IMG/VR virus record: IMGVR_UViG_3300030108_000061
Source: an uncultured virus (IMG/VR IMGVR_UViG_3300030108_000061)
Taxonomy: Duplodnaviria; Heunggongvirae; Uroviricota; Caudoviricetes
DNA length: 64,000 nucleotides
Reading direction: 5' to 3' (one strand)
Of this stretch, positions 55,069 to 64,000 are shown piece by piece (position 1 is the first letter of the stretch; every line of letters starts with the position of its first letter). A model generated the notes under the pieces. The model was not told the origin of the DNA and ran no database searches. It worked only from the letters and a program-made list of their open reading frames with translations. Position numbers and translations under genes: made by a program.

Positions 55069-56826
55069 ATGATATTAGAAAACCCAGATGAAACTTATGG
55101 CCCAACACTAAATATCTCTGAAGAGATACATTCCATGAAGTACCGTGGAAAGTACGAATCTTTTAAAGAAGCTATGGCACGTGTAGCTGAAGCATTAAAA
55201 GATGATGATGCACATTTCTTAAACTTTAAAACCATACTGTACAATCAGCGATTCTTACCTGCTGGACGTGTACAGTCAGCGATGGGTGCGCCAAGACGTG
55301 TTACACCTTATAACTGCTTTGTATCTACTACTATACAGGACAGTATGCAAGGCATCATGGAAGCTGCTACAAGAGCAGCAGAGACTATGAGACTTGGCGG
55401 TGGAATAGGATACGACTTTTCTACGTTACGTCCACGAGGGGCTATGATACGAAGCCTAGAGAGCAAATCCTCTGGCCCTATATCTTTTATGAATGTGTTT
55501 GACGCAGTGTGTGGCACGATCTCTAGTGCAGGTCATAGGCGTGGAGCACAGATGGGTGTGTTACGTGTAGACCATCCTGATATTGAAGAGTTTATACGTG
55601 CAAAGAACAACAGTACTGACCTAACTAACTTCAATGTATCGGTTGGTATCACAGATAAGTTTATGGAAGCCGTAAAAACAGACAGTGACTTTGACCTAGT
55701 ATTTGAAGGAACAATATACAATACCATCAGTGCTCGTGCATTGTGGGATGATATATTGCGCAGCACATGGGATTGGGCAGAACCAGGAATATTATTTATT
55801 GATAGAATAAATAAAAAGAATAACTTGCGCTACTGCGAAACAATTGCAGCAACCAATCCGTGCGGTGAGCAACCGTTGCCGCCCAACGGTGCATGTTTAC
55901 TTGGCTCTTTTAACTTGACTAAATACGTAGTTAAGATAAATGATAAATACGTGTTCAATATTAATCAGCTACGTAACGACATACCCTATGTTGTACGTGC
56001 TATGGATAACGTAATAGATCGTGCAGTGTATCCTCTTACGCAACAAGAACAAGAGGCTAAATCAAAACGCCGCATGGGATTAGGTGTAACAGGTGTTGCT
56101 AATGCAATAGAAGCACTTGGTTTTGAGTACGGTTCATCCGCATTCATTACACAATTAGAAACTATAATGGAGGTAATACGTGATACAGCATATAAAAGTT
56201 CTATTTCTTTGGCCTTGGAAAAAGGTCCGTTCCCTTTGTTCGATCAGAGGTACTTGGATTCCGATTTTGCGAAGACTTTACCAGACGACATTAGGCAGGA
56301 TATTTCTAATTATGGCATTCGTAACAGCCATTTATTATCTGTGGCCCCCACAGGAACAATTAGTCTCTCCGCAGATAATGTCTCCAGTGGAATCGAACCC
56401 GTCTTCTCCTACTATTACGACAGAACCATTATCACCTTTGACGGACCCAAAACTGAGAGAGTAGAGGACTATGGTTACAGAGTGTTTGGCGTAAAGGGCA
56501 GGACTGCAGACGATCTGTCTGTGTTTGACCACGTAAAAGTGCTTAATGCCGCCAGCAAGTATGTTGACAGTGCATGTTCAAAGACATGTAATGTTGGTGA
56601 TGATGTATCGTGGGAAGACTTTAAGAACGTGTACATGCAAGCATATGAAGGTGGTGCTTCTGGTTGTACAACGTTTCGTGCATCAGGAAAACGGTACGGT
56701 ATTCTTAATGCATCCTCTGCTGAAGACATAGTAGAGGAAGAAATTATAGAAAATACAAAAGATTTTGTTGACGAAGGGACCGCTTGCTATTATGATATGG
56801 AAACTGGTCTTAGAAAATGTGAGTAA
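55069..56826 (+). CDS. nrdJ: Class II ribonucleotide reductase (copy 2, intact)
   Basis: NCFV, TNPCGEQ, ACLLGS and APTGTIS motifs; C-terminal Cys pair. Confidence 0.88.
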   Translation: MILENPDETYGPTLNISEEIHSMKYRGKYESFKEAMARVAEALKDDDAHFLNFKTILYNQRFLPAGRVQSAMGAPRRVTPYNCFVSTTIQDSMQGIMEAATRAAETMRLGGGIGYDFSTLRPRGAMIRSLESKSSGPISFMNVFDAVCGTISSAGHRRGAQMGVLRVDHPDIEEFIRAKNNSTDLTNFNVSVGITDKFMEAVKTDSDFDLVFEGTIYNTISARALWDDILRSTWDWAEPGILFIDRINKKNNLRYCETIAATNPCGEQPLPPNGACLLGSFNLTKYVVKINDKYVFNINQLRNDIPYVVRAMDNVIDRAVYPLTQQEQEAKSKRRMGLGVTGVANAIEALGFEYGSSAFITQLETIMEVIRDTAYKSSISLALEKGPFPLFDQRYLDSDFAKTLPDDIRQDISNYGIRNSHLLSVAPTGTISLSADNVSSGIEPVFSYYYDRTIITFDGPKTERVEDYGYRVFGVKGRTADDLSVFDHVKVLNAASKYVDSACSKTCNVGDDVSWEDFKNVYMQAYEGGASGCTTFRASGKRYGILNASSAEDIVEEEIIENTKDFVDEGTACYYDMETGLRKCE

Positions 56827-56840
56827 AAAGGAGAACTAAC

Positions 56841-57038
56841 ATGACTAAACTAACTATTGACGAAACCGAATATGACATTGATGATTTTACAGATGAGCAA
56901 AAGGCTATCGTAAATCTAATACAGTACAACGACACTGTCGTGCGGCAACTAGAGCATGAGTTGCAGTGTGTATCTGCTGTTGGCAAAATGAAGGTAAACG
57001 AGTTGAAACAATCATTAGGCCATAAAGATGAGGAGTAA
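56841..57038 (+). CDS. Small hypothetical protein
   Basis: Distant homolog of 5042..5260. Confidence 0.7.
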   Translation: MTKLTIDETEYDIDDFTDEQKAIVNLIQYNDTVVRQLEHELQCVSAVGKMKVNELKQSLGHKDEE

Positions 57039-57513
57039 CTCTTTTAAAGAGGGTTCTGAAGCAGAGCAAGAGTTTATTGCTTTACGTGGAGGTAATATCA
57101 TTCGTAGGTCAACTAAAAAGGAGGATATACAAGAACATTGGGATGTGTTAGATAAAGAGTTTGGTAAGATAGATGTTAAGGCAGCTAAACGCAAGTATAG
57201 AAATGGTCAAGTGGATGGCACTATATGGTGGGAACTAACCACTGTAAAAAGACCTCCTCACTGGACGTCTTCAGATGGTTGGGGCGTACCTAATGGCATA
57301 GATAGGTATGTTGCAATAAAGACACATGACTATTTTTATCTTGTAAAGCCCGAAAAAGTTATCGACAAGATAAGAGAAAAATGTAAGAACTATTATCGTG
57401 GTGAATGGGGATTACACTCACGTCCAACACGTGGTGATCTAATTACTATTTTACCTTTGTCTTTTTTACAAGAACACTCAGATCATAAACTTAAAATAGG
57501 AGAAGCAGCATGA
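57028..57513 (+). CDS. Putative PD-(D/E)xK-fold nuclease, not alignable to its positional counterpart
   Basis: G..AE..F, EHWD......KIDVKAAK and WWEL pattern. Confidence 0.55.
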   Translation: MRSNSFKEGSEAEQEFIALRGGNIIRRSTKKEDIQEHWDVLDKEFGKIDVKAAKRKYRNGQVDGTIWWELTTVKRPPHWTSSDGWGVPNGIDRYVAIKTHDYFYLVKPEKVIDKIREKCKNYYRGEWGLHSRPTRGDLITILPLSFLQEHSDHKLKIGEAA

Positions 57514-57767
57514 GCCTTAAAAAATTATCTCGCAAACAACGTAACCTTGGCAAGCACGATGCCCCATTAAAATGGCAGTTTGAGCAAGGCCACAGTGCTT
57601 TTAAACGTGGGCAAATAGTAAACCCATTCTCTAGTGACACAATGCAGTGGAGAGAATGGGAGCGAGGCTTCAATAAAGCCTACTATGAGCAGCTAAAACG
57701 GATAAAAAAATATGAGCTTGGAAGAAGAGGCAAAGAGATTTCTGGAGAAACGGAATGCAGAGTCTGA
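57510..57767 (+). CDS. Small protein with RMF-like pattern (copy 2)
   Basis: Homolog of 5690..5947. Confidence 0.5.
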   Translation: MSLKKLSRKQRNLGKHDAPLKWQFEQGHSAFKRGQIVNPFSSDTMQWREWERGFNKAYYEQLKRIKKYELGRRGKEISGETECRV

Positions 57768-57843
57768 TCCAGATAAATTACGTAATGATTTAATAAAAAT
57801 GTTAGAGTGGTTCATAGAACAGTTGAAAAAAAAGGGAGCTTAG
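57712..57843 (+). CDS. Small hypothetical protein, 43 aa (copy 2, not in ORF track)
   Basis: Homolog of 5892..6023. Confidence 0.65.
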   Translation: MSLEEEAKRFLEKRNAESDPDKLRNDLIKMLEWFIEQLKKKGA

Positions 57844-57853
57844 TTGCTCCCTA
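57826..57853. terminator. Terminator between the arms (copy 2)
   Basis: A-tract, AGGGAGC-ttagtt-GCTCCCT. Confidence 0.75.
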
Positions 57854-60800
57854 AAATACGTAATACACGTAGATGCTCTATGTTACTGTAATCGGGGTTG
57901 CCAAACTGTTTTATAAAGGCACGTTCTGCTTTCTTTCTTTGCATCTTACCCATACGTCTGTAAGATAATAATTCCTGCACATATGGAGATGCTTGTCCTG
58001 CACTACCATCTTGTAGCTTTTCTTTTATTATTTTAATAGAGCTTTTAAACTTCTCTTTTGCAGCAGCCACACCAGCTTTACGTTTACTATATTTCTTTTT
58101 ATACTCTGCGCTCTGTTCGTCATACGCTGCAAGCTCATCTTTTTCTGCCAACCTAGCCATCTCAGCAGCCAATGGCAAATACTCACGTATCAAACTATTC
58201 TCAAAGTTTCTAATCGTAGGAGACTGTGATCTACTTGATATATCAAACTCTTCTAATCCAAGTGTTTTAAGATACTCTCCTGCTTTTGTTTCTCCCTTTT
58301 TCATGTTTATACCAAATAACATTCTTGTGCCTAAGCCTATTCTTTCGGCATCCTCTGTCATTATAAATTCTCTTTGAGGTAAATCTCTTTCTGTCGATGG
58401 GGCAGATAGTCCTCTTTGTTTTAAGGATCGTATAAACTCGCTTGTAAATCCAGACTCCATTGATGGCTCTGGCTTAAAGTCTGCGTATTCTGTGGGGCGC
58501 TCCCCTTGTAGACGCTGCGCATCCGACAGTTGGTATAATGGTGTAAACACACTAGCAGCTAACTGACCAAAGAATCTACCAAGAAACTCATTTCTACGAC
58601 TAGTATCTACAATGTCTTCGCTCTGCACTACAGCTTCACGCACAGTGTCAAGCATGACATTGCCTGTACCTGTACGAAATGTACTACCTAAAAATGTTTC
58701 CGCTAACTCTGTCAAATCAGGATCAAAGTTTGACCAATTTCTGTCTCCAATCATACCCTGTTTTACTGCCTCTGCTATATATGCAAATTGTCTTAGGGGA
58801 AATTGTGGAGTTATATCTATAAGATTACCATCCTCTGTACGTAATTCATTATATTTTGTTCCCTTTGCATCATCAGACATGCGATATTGATAAAAAGCAT
58901 TTGCCGCACCAAGACCTATTATATTTTGTCCAAGTAGTCTAGCATCACCACGAGTTACCTCTTTACCAGTTAGCATTTTAAACAATGGCTTTGTGCCACC
59001 TGCCATGTACTTTGTCATTAACTCTATTGAGTTAAACATAAATCTTGGAAATGGGACTACAGTTGTTAAACCTGTGCGAGTAATAAAGTTTGATATATCT
59101 TTAAACAACCAAAAGTCTGGTTGCTTTGCGTAGGTAACATCAAGAGCCTTACGTGCAGCGTCATCCATTATTGCATGTATTGACCTTGCATCTGATGGTC
59201 TGACAGTTGTAGCATCGTTTAGTATATCACGTATCTTGCCTTCATCAAGAGACTTCAATAGATCCATGTCCCATTCTTTTCGGACAAGTCTCTCTAGCTC
59301 CCCTAAAAACGTACCTCTGCGTATCATAAATTCTTGCATACGGTTTGGTATATTTACAACGCTAACCCCATCCTCAAGGACTCCATACGCCTTGTCAAAT
59401 GCCTTTCCGACAACAGTTTCTGCCTGTCCTCTACCAGTTAGTTTTTGTAGCTCATTTATGCCGCCAAATAAACTGTCATTTATATCACGTAATTCAGGTC
59501 TTTCTAATAAATACTCTGTATAATCTTTTGCTCTGAGAGGTTTTGCAAATATGTACTTCATGCCTCGCATAGCATCTGTGTAAGAACCTGTCTTGGCAAA
59601 GGGATTTATCTCTTGAAATGCTTTACCTGCTCCTACTAATTTATTTTGTTCTCTAGCAAATGCGAAGGTTGCATCTTCAAATATATCTGCCAATGCTTCT
59701 GCAGGTGCACGTATACCAAATGATGTTACGTTACGAGCAGCAGTTGCCAACGCAGATACCATTGATCCACGTCTTATATTCTCAAATCTTAAAAAATAAT
59801 TCTTCCAAAACTTACCAAGCTCAGACTTCATGTCTAACCCTGCAGCAAGTTCCGCTTGTCCTTTAGCAACAGCAGATTTTTTTCTTTTTATTTGACTTAG
59901 TTGATTAAGTATTTTACCAGCTTTTGATCCGCTACTCACCACAGATAGGATATAATCTTCAAATGATAGGCCATAATAAGATAGCAAGTCCATTAATTCT
60001 TCTGTCTGCTTCAAGTCTCCTGTAACTGTGTAGTCAAACAAGTCATCAATTACTGTGTTCTTTGTTTTCTTTCCAAAAGCATCTGGCTTACTCTCTTTAA
60101 GTTTAGATACAACAGCAGTAAGACCATCCATTTTATCAGGGTCTAGTAAAGGATTAATTAATTGATCTGTAGATTTTGCAAGATCAGAGTACCCCAGTGT
60201 GCCACCATCACCAGTTTTAAATGTTTCCTCTGTCTCTCTTATTATACCCAAAAAGTTTGTATCATATATCTCTTTTGTCTTACCTGCCCCTACCTCACGA
60301 ACTAAGTCAGGATCAATAACTAAATTACCATCCTTATCAGTCTTTGATATTCGCTGACCTGCATCAAGATTATTTTCTTCAAATGCACGTATTAAATCAT
60401 TACGTGTTTTTACATTTTTTTCTGCTACATTTATTGCACGTTCACGCATTTTAACTGCCTCTGCAGCCTCTGCATCTATTGCCTTTTGAGCACGTGTATA
60501 ATTTTCTATAGCTGCACTCTTAACGCCTAGTCTTTTACCTACCTCTTTAGCGCCTTTTTTAGTTACCCCTACAGCACCTACGAGAGGCAAGGCACTTAGC
60601 CCTGCCAAAGCTAAATTACCGCCAGCAGCACCAATCCTACCCTCTTTAAATGCCTCTTGCGCATCTCCATACAAAATAGGAACGTCAACGATAGAAGTAA
60701 CAGGGTTAAACACAGAGTCAGCTTGTATAATTGCATTTATCTCTGATATATTTGTCATGCCACTATCTACAAGTTTGTTTGCAAGTTTTCTTGTAACGGC

Positions 60801-61367
60801 ATTTGGACTAGTTAAATAACTAATTAGTCTTTCCTTTTTATCACTTGCCTTACCCACCATGACACCTGCACGTTCATATGCCTCTGTTTCTGTGTCTTTA
60901 AATAAAATACTATCAGGATTTTTTTCTTTTAACTTTTCTAAGGCTTGTTCTCTAGTTAAATTTCCATATAATTTATCTAGTGTAGCAAAGTTTTCTTTCT
61001 TTTCATTTTCTATTTGTGTTATATAATTCTGTATCTGCTCATCACTAGCGGCTAAATCAAGTCTACGATTTTCCTCTATTTTAAATAACTCTTCTACACG
61101 TGCTCTTGCATCTTGCATTACCTCTTCATTTTTGTTCTCTATGTCTATCTGTGTGGCTATAGAGTTATCTTCAGGCACAGATGTATTGTTCTCTAAACCA
61201 GAGGGCAATGTAAATTTATTATTTTGTTTGGGGGATTCTTGAGAATCTTTAGGTAAAGCAAACTGATTGTTTGTAAATACCTCTTCTTTCTCATCAGGTA
61301 TTCGCATACCTTGTGGGGGCATTGTGCCAGCCTCAAAACCTTCAGGCAATACAAAATTATTAGCCAT
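57840..61367 (-). CDS. Large internal virion (ejection) protein, copy 2
   Basis: Shares conserved blocks with 6038..9535. Confidence 0.65.
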   Translation of the reverse strand: MANNFVLPEGFEAGTMPPQGMRIPDEKEEVFTNNQFALPKDSQESPKQNNKFTLPSGLENNTSVPEDNSIATQIDIENKNEEVMQDARARVEELFKIEENRRLDLAASDEQIQNYITQIENEKKENFATLDKLYGNLTREQALEKLKEKNPDSILFKDTETEAYERAGVMVGKASDKKERLISYLTSPNAVTRKLANKLVDSGMTNISEINAIIQADSVFNPVTSIVDVPILYGDAQEAFKEGRIGAAGGNLALAGLSALPLVGAVGVTKKGAKEVGKRLGVKSAAIENYTRAQKAIDAEAAEAVKMRERAINVAEKNVKTRNDLIRAFEENNLDAGQRISKTDKDGNLVIDPDLVREVGAGKTKEIYDTNFLGIIRETEETFKTGDGGTLGYSDLAKSTDQLINPLLDPDKMDGLTAVVSKLKESKPDAFGKKTKNTVIDDLFDYTVTGDLKQTEELMDLLSYYGLSFEDYILSVVSSGSKAGKILNQLSQIKRKKSAVAKGQAELAAGLDMKSELGKFWKNYFLRFENIRRGSMVSALATAARNVTSFGIRAPAEALADIFEDATFAFAREQNKLVGAGKAFQEINPFAKTGSYTDAMRGMKYIFAKPLRAKDYTEYLLERPELRDINDSLFGGINELQKLTGRGQAETVVGKAFDKAYGVLEDGVSVVNIPNRMQEFMIRRGTFLGELERLVRKEWDMDLLKSLDEGKIRDILNDATTVRPSDARSIHAIMDDAARKALDVTYAKQPDFWLFKDISNFITRTGLTTVVPFPRFMFNSIELMTKYMAGGTKPLFKMLTGKEVTRGDARLLGQNIIGLGAANAFYQYRMSDDAKGTKYNELRTEDGNLIDITPQFPLRQFAYIAEAVKQGMIGDRNWSNFDPDLTELAETFLGSTFRTGTGNVMLDTVREAVVQSEDIVDTSRRNEFLGRFFGQLAASVFTPLYQLSDAQRLQGERPTEYADFKPEPSMESGFTSEFIRSLKQRGLSAPSTERDLPQREFIMTEDAERIGLGTRMLFGINMKKGETKAGEYLKTLGLEEFDISSRSQSPTIRNFENSLIREYLPLAAEMARLAEKDELAAYDEQSAEYKKKYSKRKAGVAAAKEKFKSSIKIIKEKLQDGSAGQASPYVQELLSYRRMGKMQRKKAERAFIKQFGNPDYSNIEHLRVLRILGSN

Positions 61368-62540
61368 TTAAGAACCTACTTGATAAAATGGAAAACTAGC
61401 ACTAACACCATCAAGTGGTGCATTAGCACCTACATAAACTAATAACTTACCGTTAAAATTTACAACATCACTAAGTCTATATTGAATATCTTCAAGAGCA
61501 GCTAAGTTAGATACATTCCCTCTAAACCTATTATAATCAAATTTTGTTCCACCAGTTAAACTCTCTGGATCAGTTGCTCTACCTGCAGCAGCTACCCTTT
61601 TTGCATATGTAGTTAAATCTGATTTAGCAGTGTTTATTTCACTAGATATATGTGCAGTAAGTTTAGTATCTGAGGTAGGCACTGCGTTGTTTAAAGTCAT
61701 AAGAGAGTTAGCACCACGTAGTCGTGCTATACTAACTAAACCCCCTTTACCCTGTAAATTACCAGCTATTGTCTCTGATATGTCATCATATTTAAGACCA
61801 AACTGTATAAGATTGTCCTTAAAAGCCCTGCTTGAATTTAGCAAAACATTTTCTGCAGTCATCCAGTTGTCAGGCTCTTTGCCCTTCTTTTCATCATCTT
61901 TTTGTTTGAGTGCAATTTTACCTAATATAAATTCTTCTTGTGTTTTTAGTTGAGATAATTCATTTTCGTCAGTAGTTCGCATCATCTTTTGTACAATAGA
62001 AGCATGAGCAGCATCTAAACTAGCGTATTCTTTTGGCGGTTTACCAAACGCAGCTTTTAAATATGCAGCCTTTTGATTATTTGTAGCGGTAGGCGCAGTA
62101 GGTTGTGTTAATGTTGTTTGAGATAATGCTGGAACCTCTGCAGTTTTAACTGCGGCGTCACCTGCAGCATTCATATCATTTACAACATCCTCTGGTGTTG
62201 CATTAGGACCAGCCATTTCAAACATAACATTAGGATCAAAAAAGTCTGTCTTACCAAAATTATTTTTTGCGGCATCAATATATAACTTTGAAGCTCCTAT
62301 CCCTTGACCAAGAGCTAGTTCAATATTTTTATCATTAATACCTAGTGCTTCCATTGTACCAGCGAGTTCCTCCATGATAGCATTCTTTTTATCACGTTCA
62401 GCTTTCTTTGCTGCACGTGCTCTCATAGATTCTGTCTCAGCTAAATACTGAAATCTACGCTGTTGTTCCTCTTCTGCCTCTATTTTATCTACAATAGACT
62501 CAGACATCCCAGCTAAAAAACCACCAAAGTTAAACGACAT
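61368..62540 (-). CDS. Putative internal virion protein (copy 2)
   Basis: N-terminus nearly identical to 9547..10737, remainder strongly diverged. Confidence 0.6.
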   Translation of the reverse strand: MSFNFGGFLAGMSESIVDKIEAEEEQQRRFQYLAETESMRARAAKKAERDKKNAIMEELAGTMEALGINDKNIELALGQGIGASKLYIDAAKNNFGKTDFFDPNVMFEMAGPNATPEDVVNDMNAAGDAAVKTAEVPALSQTTLTQPTAPTATNNQKAAYLKAAFGKPPKEYASLDAAHASIVQKMMRTTDENELSQLKTQEEFILGKIALKQKDDEKKGKEPDNWMTAENVLLNSSRAFKDNLIQFGLKYDDISETIAGNLQGKGGLVSIARLRGANSLMTLNNAVPTSDTKLTAHISSEINTAKSDLTTYAKRVAAAGRATDPESLTGGTKFDYNRFRGNVSNLAALEDIQYRLSDVVNFNGKLLVYVGANAPLDGVSASFPFYQVGS

Positions 62541-63085
62541 TACATTCTCCTAGCCATCAATCCTGTTTGTGGAGGTGCTTCCTCTTCCATAGGCTCATCT
62601 TGTTGCATTGCTGCATCCAATGAAACTCTTTCTACTGGAGTTTCTTCTTCTTCCAGACCACGCATAGCCTTCTTTCTTTTACGTATCTTACTCATGGCTA
62701 CAGCAATTGAAGACTCAGATGGTGTGTCTTCTGTTTTTAACTCTGTACCCATATTATATTCTACATCTAACTCTTCTGCGAGATATGCTAATGTTTCCAT
62801 AAGCACAGGTATAATTAATATACCTACATCAACACTATGCTTGCCTTGCATAACAGCACCACTCTGTAATGACTCAGCAATAATAGTAAGAGGCACACCC
62901 GTTTCTATTACATTCATCAAATCTTCTTGCAAATCAGGATGCGTTATACGAGGAATATGATACTGTAATGCTTGCTCTACAGTTGTATACTGTGGGGGTT
63001 GCTGCCATGGTCTATTACCCAACTCATGTGTTAATCCCTGACCTGGTAATGCCCTTTCAAATGATACTTGTGGTACTTCAGCCAT
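62540..63085 (-). CDS. Conserved virion-associated protein (copy 2)
   Basis: Homolog of 10737..11258. Confidence 0.7.
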   Translation of the reverse strand: MAEVPQVSFERALPGQGLTHELGNRPWQQPPQYTTVEQALQYHIPRITHPDLQEDLMNVIETGVPLTIIAESLQSGAVMQGKHSVDVGILIIPVLMETLAYLAEELDVEYNMGTELKTEDTPSESSIAVAMSKIRKRKKAMRGLEEEETPVERVSLDAAMQQDEPMEEEAPPQTGLMARRM

Positions 63086-63278
63086 TCTTTAATTCCTGTC
63101 TTGCTTTTCGTATTTCCATAACATACTTTGCAATACGCTCTCTTGGTTCTAATTTATCATTAGTATTTTGCTGTGGCATACTAGGACTACGAGATAATAA
63201 TCCTGTGCTTTGCACTGGTTGTTTTTTCTGTTTAGGCATTTGTAAATTTTTATATGCTTTAAAACCTGCGTTATACAT
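63078..63278 (-). CDS. Small basic hypothetical protein (copy 2)
   Basis: Homolog of 11251..11457. Confidence 0.7.
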   Translation of the reverse strand: MYNAGFKAYKNLQMPKQKKQPVQSTGLLSRSPSMPQQNTNDKLEPRERIAKYVMEIRKARQELKNG

Positions 63279-63289
63279 TCTTATACCTC

Positions 63290-64000
63290 TTACTCTGGTG
63301 CATCTGTGCTAAATATATCAAATACTGGACCTAAAATAGAACCACCCAGTGTGCCTGTAAGATCAGATGTTAATATTTTACCAATTAATGATCCAAATCC
63401 TACACTTGTACTATAGTCTTGTTTCATTTCTGCAAGGTCATACTGAGTATTTGATGCTATGTTTTGAATGGCAAGTCGTGTCATGCGATCTTTTTCACTC
63501 TCTGCGGCAGTCCATGCTTGCTCCATGTTATCAGAATAGAATTGCCACAGGTCATTGTATGCATCACGTGACATATCTAACAAAGCCTCAGAGTTTATTT
63601 CATTAGCACGATTAACTGCAGCCGTATCAGACGTTGCAATCTCTCTACGCCACTGTGCATTTGCCTGATCTATAACTAAACGATTAGTAGCATTAAACTG
63701 CTCACGTTGATTGTTTACCTCAGTATTAAATCTTTCAATAACATTTACCTGACCTGCGTTAAATTGTGACTGTGCATTAGATTGTGTCGCATTAAACTGA
63801 GCAGTTGAGTTTGCAAGACTAGCAAAAAATTGATCTACCTGATTTTGTGAACTAGCATTAAATTGTGCAGCAGCATTCTGTGCAGCCTGATCGCTAAACA
63901 AAGATTGTGTGCGCTGCTGACCTTTAAATAGCTCCATCTGTTGTCTATTAGATAGATTTGCCATGTCCATTTGTAAAAAGTTTTGTGCATTTTGTACAAC
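63290..64000 (-). CDS. C-terminal part of the internal virion protein (truncated by window edge)
   Basis: Homologous to the C-terminus of 11467..14775. Confidence 0.85.
   Translation of the reverse strand, partial: VVQNAQNFLQMDMANLSNRQQMELFKGQQRTQSLFSDQAAQNAAAQFNASSQNQVDQFFASLANSTAQFNATQSNAQSQFNAGQVNVIERFNTEVNNQREQFNATNRLVIDQANAQWRREIATSDTAAVNRANEINSEALLDMSRDAYNDLWQFYSDNMEQAWTAAESEKDRMTRLAIQNIASNTQYDLAEMKQDYSTSVGFGSLIGKILTSDLTGTLGGSILGPVFDIFSTDAPE

Larger units (their letters stand above)
51802..64000. repeat. Diverged second copy of window positions 1 to about 12200
   Basis: Same gene order at an offset of 51799 at the promoter; many synonymous differences; one non-homologous gene swap. 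Confidence 0.95.

Noticed and set aside
51802..64000. Long direct terminal repeat or circular overlap
   Set aside because: The copies differ substantially and include a gene swap; a terminal repeat or assembly overlap would be essentially identical
1..64000. tRNA, rRNA or host genes flanking a prophage
   Set aside because: None recognised by eye and all genes fit the phage; tRNAscan-SE would be needed to exclude a tRNA formally

Overview
The window is entirely phage DNA: a marine podovirus of the HMO-2011 type. The basis is a family-A DNA polymerase with an inserted DnaJ-type CxxCxGxG zinc finger, a tyrosine integrase ahead of primase/helicase, a class II ribonucleotide reductase and a podoviral head/tail/ejection module. 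The host is probably an alphaproteobacterium (inference). The genome has two arms. A + strand early/replication arm (39441-57843) and a - strand morphogenesis/lysis arm converge on a bidirectional terminator and diverge from a non-coding region at about 38.6-39.4 kb. Positions 1 to about 12.2 kb recur about 51.8 kb later as a diverged copy. Together with two 10-N gaps, this most likely means two related phages were scaffolded together, which gives a built-in comparison. Most notable signals: (1) one asymmetric RNA internal loop (CC opposite C(U)0-2AC) occurs five times in the leaders of the scaffold and major capsid genes; (2) a [FYM]-x-x-G-G peptide motif is shared by the protein between portal and scaffold, an internal virion protein and small basic late proteins; (3) six copies of the palindrome GTCCAA-NN-TTGGAC cluster in the early region; (4) an unannotated DUF1127-like gene lies directly upstream of a half-size Na+/phosphate cotransporter; (5) a virion protein carries dockerin-like Ca-binding repeats. 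All family calls come from motif recognition by eye; no searches were run.
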